Below are positions 1 to 13,467 of a stretch of 64,000 nucleotides of DNA, piece after piece. The first letter of the stretch is position 1; every line of letters begins with the position of its first letter. Both the position numbers and the translations under genes were made by a program. The stretch covers positions 8,866,001 to 8,930,000 of the forward strand of contig NC_043022.1 of the NCBI RefSeq assembly GCF_006345805.1, given 5' to 3'. The stretch comes from Octopus sinensis. Taxonomy: Eukaryota. The notes beneath the pieces were generated by a model. That model did not search any database. It worked only from the letters and a program-made list of their open reading frames with translations, and was not told the DNA's origin.

Positions 1-296
1 CACACACATATCTTAATTTATATTCATTTTAATACACCAGACCTTTTATGTTGTTTCCCTTGGTAAATATTTACTGTCTCAACTCTTTATATATATGAAT
101 ATAAATATTTATATGTATATAGATATATATATACATATATGTGTGTATGTGTTTGCTTATATATATTTATATATATATATATACATATAGTCATGAATTT
201 CCTGTTTGTTGTGTTGTTGGCTGTTTTTCATTTATTAATTTTTTACTTTCTGATTTATTTAACTTTATTTAATTTTTTAAAATCATATATATCACC

Positions 297-300
<4 letters not shown>

Positions 301-391
<91 letters not shown>

Positions 392-400
392 GTGTATATA
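301..400. repeat. Compound (CT)n(TA)n microsatellite
   Basis: Directly visible dinucleotide runs. Confidence 0.95.
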
Positions 401-479
401 CATACACACACTCGTGCACACACACGTATGTATGTATATCTATATATGTATTAACTTTGTTGTTTTTCTTCTTTTGTAG

Positions 480-573
480 TCATTACCATTCATGGAAGAA
501 AACTCACCGCCAGAGAATTTGAGTGCATCATTCCGCAGCTTATATAAATCTGTTTTTGAACAACATAATAATG
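480..573 (+). CDS. FoxJ2/3: Internal coding exon of forkhead box J2/J3 transcription factor (region C-terminal to the forkhead domain)
   Basis: Acceptor ttttcttcttttgtAG (478-479) and donor GTAAGT (574-579). Phase 0 to phase 1 translation SLPFMEENSPPENLSASFRSLYKSVFEQHNN(G) contains LSASFRSLYKSVFEQ, which I recognise as the conserved motif of vertebrate FOXJ3/FOXJ2. Not in the ORF track because it is too short. Confidence 0.85.
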
Positions 574-859
574 GTAAGTACTTTTAATGTTGCCGTTTCT
601 GGCACCAGTGGAACTGACTGCTGGCACTGCTGGTAGTGTCAGCATGCCTACTGTTCCTGCTACTTCATCATCATCTTCCTCTCCTATCTATTACTAAAAT
701 GCTTCAGTTGAATTTTTTTTATATTTCAGTAAAAAAAAAAAAGAGAAAAAATTTAATAAAATAAAATTGAAAAAAAATCACTTTTCCTTTCTTTTTACAT
801 TGAAATGATAAAATAATATTTCCACATTATTGTTCCAGCTATTGAAAAGTGGATAAATA

Positions 860-922
860 AATAAATAATAATTATAATAATAATATTAATAATAATAGTA
901 ATAGCATATAATAATAATAATA

Positions 923-964
<42 letters not shown>

Positions 965-1002
965 TAGTAATAATAACAATAATAATAATAATGATAATAA
1001 AA
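860..1002. repeat. (AAT)n microsatellite
   Basis: Visible trinucleotide run; source of the poly-Ile ORF 795..1013. Confidence 0.95.
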
Positions 1003-2201
1003 GCTGCTGGCATAATGCATTATTTCTTAATACTACAATGACTTAGTTGAAAGTTATATTGCAATAAATATTGTCACACATGATCACCCTTTTTTTACCA
1101 TATATACATAGATGTATATATGTATGTATGTAAATAATATGTATGTGAGTGTGTGCATGTATATATATACACACACAAGTATGTATATTGTAATCTATAT
1201 TCTTTACTTTTGTCAAGCTTAATATAATCTTAGTTTGGCATTAACGACTTAAATAGCGGCACTATTTATTTTCTTTTTTTTTTTGTTGAGGTGGGGTGTA
1301 TTTTTTAAAAAAATTTTTTGTGCCGGAAATTTTTTATTTTTATTTCCTTTGTATTTTTGTGTTGGTTTCATTTGTTTTTGTTTTTGTTTTCCTTCTCTTT
1401 CTCATTGTCTGTCTGACTTATTGAAATATATATATATTTTTTTTTTTTTTTTCAAATTTCCATTGTAAAATTATGATTATATGATGGACAATAAGCAGAG
1501 GAGAAAGTTTTTATGTTCAATTTGGGGGAAGTAATTAAAATGTCGTGTGGACAGCGTAGACAATTGTCATCTAAGTGTAATGGATCAAGCATATGGTCCA
1601 CTTCACTACTACTATCACTACTACTACTACTGTTGAAATAACTTCCCAGACTACAAATACTGTGATCGATATAATTGATTATATAGCATTGAAGGTGAAG
1701 CCTCAGCATGGCTGTTGTCAAATGACTGAAATTACTCTTTACAACCCTGTCGTTGCAGGTTCAATCTTTGGTTTATTGATCCCTTCCAACCATCACATTT
1801 AATCATTATATGATCTTTTTATAGCATTTATTGCTTTTACAAGGCTTTCTATTATCTATATTATAGGTTATATATGGTTCTTGCTAAAAGCATTTTAAGG
1901 TCTTAAGCAAAACCTTTGTTAAATTATAACTCCTCCCCTTGGAACTGAATTTTCCTAAGGGTTTCTTCATGTCCTCTCATACTTATGAAATCATATTCTG
2001 TCCATTTATTTTGACCAATTTCTGTGTTTGTATGTTCACTTTGTTTTTCTTTATTTTGCACCCAACAGGTGGTTTATCCTTACTCTCCACTTTATATTCC
2101 TCTGTCTAATTCCACTATCTGATGCCTATTTTCTAATTGCTCCGACCATCCCTGTTCTCCTATATAGCTTTCTGTATATGTATATATATATATATATATA
2201 T

Positions 2202-2560
2202 AAACCAATTGCAGCGTGGAAGGTGTTTATAAGCCATTTAAGAAACACACAAAAGCCGTTAGATTCACTTCAACATTTAAATTTAATTTGTCAAAATATT
2301 TTCGTCGCTTTGAGACCGCAACCTGTTCACTGACAAAAATCCGTGCTGCATCTGAGATGCAGCACGGATTTTTGTCAGTGAACAGGTCGCGGATTTTAGT
2401 GACGAAAATATTTTGACAAATTAAACTTAAATGTTGAAGTGAATCGAACGGCTTTTGTGTGTTTCTTAAATGGCTTATAAACACCTTCCACGCTGCAATT
2501 GTTTTCGTTTCAGCACACGATCTCAGATCAAATTACTTGCTATGCGAGTACATCTCCGTA
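2202..2560. mobile_element. Fold-back element: ~148-bp inverted arms with 1-nt loop plus an unpaired ~55-bp tail, sitting in (TA)n
   Basis: 2206-2353 is the reverse complement of 2355-2501, centred on gctgcatct-G-agatgcagc, with a handful of mismatches. The tail tctcagatcaaattacttgc recurs in diverged form near 18110. Confidence 0.85.
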
Positions 2561-3641
2561 ATATATATATATACATACATATATGTGTGTGTGTGCATAT
2601 ATATTGGATTGGATTGCCTATGTTCAATTCACTGCAAGATGAAGGCCTTGGCATGTACTCTCTACCAACCATGGCCTAAAGGGGATGCTGTGAATTTGAG
2701 CTTGAGATCACGCTGATGAGTCTGCTCTGCCACACTGGCTCAACATGGCTTGGCAGAGGAGTACAGTTTTCATTCTCTTACCCAGGAGTAATTAAGTTGA
2801 TTACATTGACTCCAGTGCTTATTTTATTGATCCCAAAAGGATGAAAGGAAAAGTTGACCTCAACGGAATTTGAACTCAGAATGTAAGGATGGATGAAATG
2901 CTACTTAGCATTTCGTCTAGCATGCTAGCGATTCTGCCAAGTTGCCCCCCGACACACACACACACACACACATGCATACACACACACACACGCACATGCA
3001 TACACACACACACACACACACACGTATATATGGTGAACTCTCTTGTAGTAAACAACAAATGAGATTCCTGCAATATCCTACTGAACAACCTATCCAGATG
3101 ATTTGTTCAGAGTGATCAAACGTTTGTGCTATACATTATTTCACCCACTCCATAAAACTGACATTGTCTGTGTGACACACATCAGATGTTAAAATTATCA
3201 CAGAGCAATGTAAAATGTAGTATTTTTCTTAAGAATACAACACACTGCTCAGTCCAGGAATCAGAATCATGATGTTGTGATTGTGAGTGCAACACACTTA
3301 CCACTAGGCCATATGCCTTGTATCTAATCTACTACAAGCTGCCAATGTAGCTAGAGCATGTCTCAATACTTAACAAGCCACCTCCATCTTTCTTTCTAAC
3401 ATTATCATTTCCTTTTTATTCTATCTTTTTATTCTACAAAAACTCTTTCATTCCCTTTCCACTATAAAGAATGCCTTTATTTATTTGATTATCTATTTAT
3501 TTGTAATATTATTCATCCATGTTTTAACTAATTCCTTTTTTTTTTCTTCTCCTTTTGCATAATTTGTTCTGCTTATATTCCTTAAATTCTTGATTTCTAA
3601 AATGATTTATGTTTTTTTTTTTTCTGAAAATATGTAGACAT

Positions 3642-3689
<48 letters not shown>

Positions 3690-3693
<4 letters not shown>

Positions 3694-3817
3694 TTAAAGA
3701 GCTTTGCAATCTTGTGGTTTCAGATTCAGTTCCACTACCCAACAACCCTTCTACTATAGTCCTGGGTCAATCAATGCTTTGTGAGTGAATTTGGTTGGCA
3801 CAAACTGTGTGAAAGCT

Positions 3818-3855
<38 letters not shown>

Positions 3856-4050
3856 TGTCCTCACAACACTTGACAGCTGATGTTAGTTTGTTTACATTCT
3901 TGTAACTTAGCAGTTGAACGAAAGAGACCAAGAGAATAAGTATCAGACTTGAAAAAAAATTAAGTAATGAGTTGATTTGTTCAACTAAAATCCTTCAAAG
4001 CAGTGTCCTGGCTTGACCACAGTCCAATGACTGAAACAACTAAAAGATAA
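3690..4050 (+). mobile_element. Diverged tRNA-derived SINE (family B)
   Basis: Head ...gtggtttcagattcagttccact..., internal (TG)n, and tail ...ccacagtccaatgactgaaacaa shared with many copies in the window. Confidence 0.75.
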
Positions 4051-4659
4051 ACGATATATATTATAGCTGTTACCCTTTAATAATACATCAGGATTTCTTT
4101 TCCATTTTATTGAACTTTATTCTACTCATTTTTTAAGTTTATATTGTTTTTGTCAATGGTCAATCACATTAACCAACAGATTCCATTAATGTAGAAGTCT
4201 AATGATATCCTGTCCAATCAGTTTTAAATGTTTATTAATGAGTTACCAGATAATTATCACTATCATTTATAAACATTTAATAACCATTGTACAAAAGTTC
4301 GCTTCTGTCTGACAATCAGTTTTCTGAAAGTCAACGTAACACTTTGGGAAGTTTTTCAGTTTCAATAAAACAATAAAACTATTTTACTCTATCTTTGCTA
4401 TTCAAGTACTATTTCTCTCCTTAGTTCATATTAGTTATGTGTCTATATACATGTGTGTGTGTGTCTCCTTGTCACTACAAGTAGTGTCATCCATTTCCAA
4501 TATTCTGTCAAAACCTAGAAAGAAATTACCTTGCTTGGAAACAGGTGAGTGTTGGTGACAGGAAGGGCATTTGACTAAAGAAAAAGATCCGCCTCAATAA
4601 ACCCTGTCTGATCCATGTAAACATGAGAAAGTGCACAATGAAACAATGATGATAATGAT

Positions 4660-4677
4660 TTATATTATATATATATA

Positions 4678-4722
<45 letters not shown>

Positions 4723-4837
4723 GTGTGTGTATATATATATATATGTATATGTATATATGTATATATATGTATATATGTATATATATATATATGTATATGT
4801 ATATATATATAAGTATATATGTATATATATATAAGTA

Positions 4838-4879
<42 letters not shown>

Positions 4880-4880
4880 A
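4660..4880. repeat. (TA)n compound microsatellite
   Basis: Visible. Confidence 0.95.
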
Positions 4881-4959
4881 TAAAATAAATAAATAAATAT
4901 AAGAGAGTGGTCACTATATGGCTCACTCTAGCACCAGTTAATCCAAAAGGTTTCAACCA

Positions 4960-5262
4960 CGAAAATACATGTTTCCCATGAAAGTCAGTACGATTGTTAG
5001 CTCACACGGACAGGGCAAATAAAAAATAACAAAAATACAGATTATTTTGGGACAATTGTTTCGCTATTAATGAATTAAATGTAATTTTACTTACAAAAAA
5101 AATCCATTTGTAGCTCGTCAGCCAAAACTATCTGGATGAAATCCACTCAATCACACGCCAGATTTTACCATAACGATAAATACGCGTGTGGTTCAATTGA
5201 TTACATCCGACGTTATAATTCAAATGCCCCAACCAACAGCGCGCCAAACTTTCACGGCTGCA
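4960..5262. promoter_or_regulatory. CpG-enriched non-repetitive patch with an E2F-like motif; possible promoter or 5' exon
   Basis: About a dozen CG dinucleotides in 300 bp, TTTGGCGCGC on the minus strand (5239-5248), ACGCGT near 5183, and a minus-strand GTAAGT at 5094-5089. Could equally be a transposon fragment. Confidence 0.2.
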
Positions 5263-5284
5263 TTTATAATTATATATATATATG

Positions 5285-5316
<32 letters not shown>

Positions 5317-7485
5317 ATTATCTATCCTTTTATTACCAGTCAGTCTCACATTGGTTATTAAATAATCAGATATTAGATAACAGGGTGGTTACCTAAATAC
5401 AAGTGCTCTTCAAGGATGGCAAGTATGGAAAAAATATACCAACTATTCTTTATTGTAGGAGGCAAGAAATTGTCGTATCTGGTTTATGGATGCAGTGAAA
5501 TGCACACATATTCTATTTATGCACACACACACAGAAAGGTAATAATTAACTTAACATATGTGATGGAGTCTATTTATAATCTTGTGATTCACTTTGCCTC
5601 TAGATCAAGTTCCTTGTTTGTAAACCTTCTTTCATATAGTTATCAAATTTGTGGAGAAATATTACCCACTGGAAGTTTGTTGAAGCCTGTCTAGACCTGA
5701 AGAGAAGTGAATAGGAGTGAGATTATAAGCCACTTTTATAAAACTTTTATGTCTTTTTGCACCCATGAGGAAGATTTAGCACTTATCTGTTTAACACAAT
5801 AATACTGGAGTTAATCACTAAACCTTAAAAACCCTACAAGCTTAGCAGACTTTTACATTTACATATCCCATATACAAAATTAAATTTGTTAAATGCTTGT
5901 GTCAGAAATTTCTAGTCTTTGTCTATCATAGACTATCTGTAAATGATTGTTATTAACAAATTCTGTCATAATAGAATCAGATTCACTTCTTACACGACAG
6001 ATAGCGTGATAACTACTTGTCCTAGTACGTAACTCCTCATATCTGCTGAGAGATTACCATACAAAGAAAGAAATATCTTGATCAAATTATGATTTATAAG
6101 ATGCAGAAATTTATTACGATTTAATCTGCGAGTCGTTAGAAGATCACATCACATCACAACAGAGGAAAAAATTCAATGAAGTTATCGATTCTAGAATATG
6201 GCAAAAATAATTATTCATTTGCAAATTTTTAGATCTCACTTGAATATATAAAATTTCTATTGCAAAATCAAAAAAAAAAAAAAAAAATCAAACAAAACAA
6301 AAAAGTTGTTGAATAAAATATATTAAAATTATCTGTAATCACAAATTTTGAAATTAAACTGAAAAAAAGTTTGCTCATTTAAATGAAGTGATACTTGAAA
6401 ACTTACACAGAAATTTGCAAGACCTTTCAAAGAATCCAGTTTAAAGAGATTTGCCTAGTTTTAATTATGGTTGTCTACGTTATAATTAATTCTAAAGTAT
6501 AAGATTATCAAAAATTCCTTTTAGAAAAAGCCATTCATTCTAATGTAATATTGAGGGAGTCCTGTGTATCGAAAGTTGTTCGAAAGTATGTCAATCACAT
6601 TTCCAATATAAAATATGATTAATAATAAGGATAATTTATTTTAGAACTTACCAGAAAATGCAAAAATGAAAATAAAATAATAAAATTTACATATTAACAT
6701 GAAAAAATATGAAACATAAAATCTATAATTTAGATATCTTCATGAATACATTATTTTAATTATCATCATTTAATAAATTTTCAATTCATTAAACAAGTTA
6801 GAAAATTTTTTAAAAGAATCTCTTAAACCTGAGTTTAAAAGAGAGAGAGAAAAAAAACGTAATAATACAAAAAAAAAATTTGCAGGTGATATAAAATAAA
6901 TATTGTATAGTTACAAATCATAGACATGAAGGAAAATGTGAAAGGTGAGGTGAAGTGAGATAAGGGGGCAAGGAGAAAAGATGTTACAGGATTTTTAAAG
7001 AAAGAAAAAAAAATATATATATATATAAAAGATTCATAAATGATGTTGGGGTGTACAATTTTAAGATGGTTACAGAATATGATGGAAGCTTAATAAATAG
7101 ACTGGCGTGTTTGCTTAATTAGATGAAACTCTATTGAAGGAAAATTCTTTTGTATAGTGGTTATATTAACATTAGTAAGATCAAAGAGCAAGCACGTACA
7201 AGTTGCTTTGATAGACCACACAAATTATGGTTCAACTTTTAATAAATGCAAGTGATAACAAGTTGAAGTGGAATTGCAAATACTGAGTGGAAATAGAATT
7301 TGATTAAATAAGTGTTATATGTGAAATTAGAGAAGTTTAACAATAAAAAAAAAGCAAAAATATAAAAATAAAAACTGAAACATTTGATGTTTGGTATTTT
7401 AATAAGAATAATAATTAATATTATTAACATTCTTCATCGTCTTCTTCTTTTTCTTCTTCTTCTTATCATCATCATCATCATCATC

Positions 7486-7536
<51 letters not shown>

Positions 7537-7538
<2 letters not shown>

Positions 7539-8685
7539 GGTGGTAGATTAGCAGAATTGTTAGAGCATCAGATGAAATGCTTTGTGGCATTTGCTCCAAG
7601 TTTTTATGTTCTGAGTTCAAATCATACAAAGATCAGTTTTGTCTTTCATCCTTCCTGGGTTGATAATGTAAATGTACCAGTCAAATACTGGTGTAGATGT
7701 AGTCAGCTAACCCTATCCCTCAAGATTGCTGGTTTTGTGCCTAAATCAGAAACCATTATTATCATTATTAATGGTGGCGAGCTGGCAGAAATGTTAGCAC
7801 GCCGGGCGAAATGCATAGCCGAATTTCGTCTGTCGGTACGTTCTGAGTTCAAATTCCGCCAAGGTCGACTTTGCCTTTCATCCTTTCGGGGTTGATAAAA
7901 ATAAAGTACCAGTTTCGCACTGGGGTCGATGTAATCGACTTAATCCCTTTCTCTGTCCTGTCTATGTTTAGCATGTGGGCAGTAAAGAAAAAAAAATTAT
8001 TATTATTAAGGCAGTAAACTAGCAAAATTATTAGCATGCCAGGCAAAATGCTTCACAGCTTTTTGTCTGTCTTTACATTCTGAGTTCAGTTTCCACCAAG
8101 CTCAACTTTGCCTTTTATCTTTTCAGGGTCAATAAATTAAGTACCAGAGAAACACTGGTGTTGATGTAATCGACTTGTCCTCTCCCAACAAATTTCATGC
8201 CTTGTGCCTTTAGCAGAAAAAATTATTATTATCATTATTATTATTATTTTTAAGGTGGCATACTAGCAGAATCCTTACAGTGTCAGACCAAATGCTTAGC
8301 AGCATTTCTTCCCTCTTTACATTCTGATTTTAAATTTCACTGAATGATCATTGCTTTTCATCCTTTCAGAGTTGAATGCTGGATTGATGTGATTGACTAA
8401 CCCCTTCCCCCAAGATTTTAGGCCCTGTGTCTATAGTAGAAAGAATTATTATTATTATTTCTATTATTAAGGCTGTGAGCTGGCAGAATCATTAGCATGC
8501 CAGGCAAAATGCTTAGTGGTATTTCGTCTGTCTTCATGCTCTGTCTTCAAATGCTGCTGTGATTGACTTTGCCTTTCATCCTTTCAGGGGTGATGAAATG
8601 AGTACCAGTTTTGCACTGGGGTCAATGTAATCGACTTTAACTTCTCACCCCAAATTGCTGCCCTTGTGGAAAAAATTGAAACCAT
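7537..8685 (+). mobile_element. Five head-to-tail copies of SINE family A (Deu/Nin-like core) separated by (ATT)n linkers
   Basis: Each copy starts aaggNggcgagctggcagaa-like and carries tgagttcaaatt...gactttgcctttcatcctttcgggg...taagtaccag; starts at about 7537, 7772, 8008, 8251 and 8468. Confidence 0.85.
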
Positions 8686-8710
8686 TATTATTATTATTAT
8701 TATTATTATT

Positions 8711-9075
8711 GAGTGAGAGAGCAGTTCATGCCATCAAAGTGACACTGGGGTAAAATATGCGAAGCCCAATATACCCATCATGACTACCCGTCTGATAAGG
8801 GTACACCAGGCACATGCATCACAACCATATGTGTGCGACATGGTGATCTCATATCAAGATAAACAGCACATGACCTTGCAGGTGGGGCCCAGTTAGAATT
8901 TTCTTCAGGTTGAGTAGCCCATCCTGCTCAAAAGGTCCCTGAATAAGGGTTGTTTAAGGATGTTGAAAGAACCACCCATGTTTCCAGAGGTGAATTATTC
9001 AAACCCCAAAGAATCCCTTTCAACACATGGCTATGATGCTCCCCCACTACTTCTGCTCGTGATCAGAGATGCAGC
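8711..9075 (-). mobile_element. Non-coding LINE-type 3' end with (AAT)n tail
   Basis: GC-richer block ending (minus strand) in ...ctctctcactcaataataataat; recalled as a common octopus repeat, clade not established. Confidence 0.5.
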
Positions 9076-9078
9076 CAC

Positions 9079-9133
<55 letters not shown>

Positions 9134-9673
9134 GGTGGATTGGTAGGAGCATTAGATCATTGGGAAAATGCCTTGCAGTAGTTGTTCTAGTTCATTACAT
9201 CTTGAGTTCAAATCCTACCAAAGTCAGTTAAAATCCTACCAAAGTCAGTTTGTTGTGTGGGTTGTGCTGAAACTGTACTTTGTGGATTGTGCTTCAGAAT
9301 AAAAAGTGTTCTTCATAGAATGTTGGCTATGCAGAGCATGTGTTATTTATTCATTTATTTAATTATTTACCTACTGTCTGCTAAGTTGTAAGCCTTTATT
9401 ATTGTTGTTTATGCTTTCCTTGTTGCTCATTCTTATTGAAGTTAGTACTCCAATCAATAGTGTTAGTGTCTTTACCTTTGTAACCCACATCCCACTTATG
9501 GCTATTTTATGATTCTGCTATTTTAACAACTTCTTCATCTTCCTCCAGGCAATTCTTTAGTCAGAAAAATCAAACTTATCTATCAAAGTACAGAGAATCT
9601 CATTCTCATCTTTGATGATATGATATCTTTTATCTTTTGTTTCGGTTATTGGGCTGCTGCCATGCTGAGGCAT

Positions 9674-9812
9674 GACCTTAACAGGGTTTCAGTGGAAGTG
9701 GTTGACTCTAGTACATATGTTTTTAAGTCTACTTCTTATACTATGACCTTAACAGAGTTTCAGTCGAAGAGGTTGACTCTAATTCATATGTTTTTAAGTC
9801 TACTTCTTATAC
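9674..9812. repeat. 71-bp tandem duplication (2 copies)
   Basis: gaccttaacag...gtctacttcttatac at 9674 and 9745. Confidence 0.9.
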
Positions 9813-9851
9813 CATTGGTTTCCTTTGTTGAAATACTAAGTTATGAAGGTA

Positions 9852-10073
9852 TACAAGATGGTGCTGAAAGGTTCCTGGCTTTAAGGGTATCATGAAAGGC
9901 CTGGCTGGAGGCCCAACCTTCTGATTTTCTTTTACAGGGCTTAGAAAAACTGAAGTGCTGCTGAAATAAGTGTTTGAATCCAAATGGGGAGGATGTTGGA
10001 TAAAATCATAATTAACAGATCCTCCTGTATCTTCTTTCACCCAAAACCAGGAACCTTTCAGCACCCCATCATA
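9852..10073. mobile_element. Mariner-type MITE
   Basis: Terminal inverted repeats ggtgctgaaaggttcctgg / ccaggaacctttcagcacc with TA at both flanks. Confidence 0.8.
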
Positions 10074-11392
10074 AACAAATCAACATAGTTGTCAAGTAGT
10101 GGTGGAGGCACAAATACACACACACACACACGTCAGGCTTCCACACAGTTTCCACGTTCCAAATTCACTCACAAGGCATTTGTCAACCATTTGATCAAAG
10201 TGCTGTACAGTGAGACTGAACCAGAAACCACATGGTTGCAAAGTCAGTTTATTTGCCGTGTAGTCATACCTATGCCTATGGACAGTTTGCTCTGGTCTCC
10301 TTGACAATTTGAAGAAACCTGTCCCATGCTCTCTTATTCAGTTCATTTACATACATGATTAGTGCATGCTTATACCACTTCTCAGTTTTCACATCAATAT
10401 GTTGGCATATTACCCAGTGGACACAGCAGTTGATTCAGTTGTGTAAGTGTATATGTTCTGTCTTTGAACTGCCAGAAATGGTGTGTTCAATTATTTTTGT
10501 GCTGTTAACAGTCTACATTTATTGTTAGCCTGTTGTTTCATTATTTCATTCCTATAGTTCTTTATGGTTGGCATTGATCCTGTACCACTAAAATTAGACT
10601 TTCCATTTCTACATTTATCCCAGAGATTTTGAACCATTGTTAGCTTTCACACTGACTTACTTCCTCTCTGTCAAGTCATGGAGGGTATTGACCATGGTGT
10701 GGTTTTTCTCCCTCCATTTCTCATTTAGTATATTTGGAATTTTGTTTTGATTCCATCTTTTTTTTTATATCTTTGATGTTTCGTCCTTATGCAAAGCTTT
10801 ATTTCCAATAGTTAACTAAAAGTTTCTTTATCATAGTTCCCTTATTTATAATGATAATGATGATATATTTCTGTGTGAGTTTACCTCCACTGCCAAAACA
10901 GGCTGCGGATCCATTCAGCCATGCCAAATCATCAGCATACAAACAGTTGCATCCAAATGTCCCATTCTAACATTGCTCCAGTCCACTCAGCTGGCAAAAA
11001 TGAATTGTACCTGTAATTCAAAGGGCCAGCCTTGTTGCCTTCTGTGTCATGCTGAATCTCCCTGAGAACTACATTAAGGGTACTTGTGTCATCCAAAAGG
11101 ATGACAAAGACAACCTCAGCAAAACTTGAACTTAGAACATAAAGACAGACAAAATGCTTAGTGGTATTTTATCCAGCAAACTAATGATTCTGCCAGGTGA
11201 CTGTGTAAGAATAGCAGAGAAAAAACCTGAATGGGGTCCCTTGATACTGAACCTGCTGAGAGCAGATGTCACCTAACAATGATGACAATGGGTTGTGTTA
11301 GTGTTTGTGTTGTTTGGATTGTGTTATAATGTTGGATGCTAACTGTATAGGATATGTGTTGTGTTATATTATTAGGTAGTAATTTAGAGGAC

Positions 11393-11628
11393 CAGTGGTT
11401 CTCAATCAGGGTCCATATAAGACCCTGTAGTTCGAATTTATGTGCACCAAATTGATTGTACTTCTACCACACACAAAATGTTTTAACAATTTTTTAAATA
11501 TAATTCCTAATTGTATTTAATTACAAGAATATAATAAGATTTTTTAAACATCAAATGGCTATGAGGGTCCACGTGAGTAAAATAGGAATCAAAGTGGTCC
11601 ATAGTCAAAAAAGGGCTGAGAACCACTG
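11393..11628. mobile_element. hAT (Charlie-like) MITE
   Basis: TIRs CAGTGGTTCTCA / TGAGAACCACTG; flanking 8-mers tagaggac and gagcagac match at 5 of 8 positions (decayed TSD). Confidence 0.75.
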
Positions 11629-12149
11629 GAGCAGACTGTGTTTGGGTGGCATTATAGCATTGGGTGATGACTATCTGTTTTGTGATTGTGTAGCGTATAT
11701 ATGTTCAATGAGTTATACAGTGGGATGTGAATTGCACTGGTGAATTAAAAATAATATCTTGGTAAAAAGGGGATCAACATGTCAATCAGAATACAAAATC
11801 ATTGAAACAATGCATTAAATGCTTTATAGAATTTAGTTCCATTTTCTATCATCTAATTTCAAATACTGATGGGCTTTTCACTAAAAATAGACAATGCCTC
11901 AACATCTGTGAGCATGGTGACCTGCAAGCAAAATTATCATTTTATTCCTTAATTTTTCTCAGTTCATATTGGAGAATAAGGTTCAAGGTTAGATAAGAAT
12001 TGCAGAATTTTAATGAACATTCATCAAATTACTTGTAATTATTGAATATGAGTAAGCGTTTTCTATTTTAGTTTCGTATTTCGTTTTTAATTAAATATTC
12101 AAAATTTATTACGTTTCTTTCCTTTTTTCATTGAAATAAGGAATAGAAA

Positions 12150-12580
12150 ACTGGCAGATTTATTAGCATGTCAAGCAGAATACTTGGCAGCATTTTTGCC
12201 TTGTTCTTTTACTTTCTGAGTTCAAATTCTGTCAAAGTCAGCTTTGCTTTTTATCCTTTTGGGGTTGATAAAATAAAGTCATGTACAAAAGTTGATGTAA
12301 TTAACTAAAACCCTTCCTCCCAAAATTGCTGGCTTAGTGCCAATATTAGAAAGAATTTTTATCATTATGAAGGCAGCAAGCTAGCTGAATCATTAATGCA
12401 TTGAGCAAAATGCTTGGTACTTCTGGCTCTTTACATTCTAAACTTAAATCCCACAGAAATCAACTTTACCTTTCATTCTTTCAAAGTCTTTAGAAGTAGT
12501 ACTAGTTGAGCACTGGGGTTGATGTAATCAACTTACCCCACTCCATTCATACTTGCTGGTCTTGTACCAAAATTAAGGAC
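12150..12580 (+). mobile_element. Two tandem diverged SINE family A copies
   Basis: Same head/core motifs as 7537-8685. Confidence 0.7.
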
Positions 12581-13467
12581 AGAGGATAAAGATTCTCCCT
12601 GAGTTATATAGACTCATAGGGCCAGTTTTCCAGTTTCCATGGCATATATATTAACCCCCACCTGGATGGCATACCAGTCTGTCGCAAGATTACTCAGTTG
12701 ACTGGATCAATATGAAATGAACCCAACCTATCACCCAGCCCAGGAATTGAAACTACAATCTTACGATTATGAGTCCAAAACCCTAACCACTAAGCCATAC
12801 TCCTCCACTGTGCCAAAATTAAAAAGAATTATTTTTTTAAATGTGGCAAAAATATATTTTTCTAAGGAAGTAGAGATGATTTGGCATCAAATGATAATTC
12901 ATAAGGGAAAAACTTAAAGTGAATCATTGAGATATGTTGACCTAGGACTACATTATTTTCTGCTCTTTTTTGTGATTTAAGGAAGATTTGGTAGCTATTT
13001 CTAGCATGTTGAAAAGTGACTTAATGGAGTCTCAATATTTGTGCTTTATGTTATATTTTTTGTCAGCATCTTTTGTTGACAATAGGTTAAAATCAATCAG
13101 TTTATCAGATTAATCTTCAGAAAACATAAATACATTGCTGGTCTCAAGAGATCAATATTATCAGAAATATGTGAAACCAAATAATTTGGCAATTTGTTTA
13201 ACTTTTAAACTTAACATGACAGTAATTGATGGTGGTGGTGGGAACAGTAGTGCAGTGGTGGTGGTGATGGGACAGTAGTACTGGTGGTGGTACCAGCAGT
13301 TACCATGGTGGTAGTGGTATTGCCGCTGCTGGCAATGGTCATAGGAGTGGTAGTGGTGCTGGCAGCTGCTATTGTTGTTTAGCCCCAGGTCAATCCTGGT
13401 AAGCATATAAGTTCAAGTCGTAGCCATGTTAGGTTTTTTTTTTATATATATCTTCTCTTAGCATAGT

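Noticed and set aside
587-697. 36-codon ORF just inside the FoxJ2/3 intron
   Set aside because: Intron read-through hits TAA within four codons; this ORF is in another frame and low-complexity.
5641-5707. Possible plus-strand exon (LSNLWRNITHWKFVEACLDLKR)
   Set aside because: Phase incompatible with the FoxJ2/3 exon, weak donor, no recognised homology.
6409-6456. Possible 48-nt minus-strand exon (ANLFKLDSLKGLANFC)
   Set aside because: Good donor but the acceptor has no polypyrimidine tract; expected by chance in AT-rich DNA.
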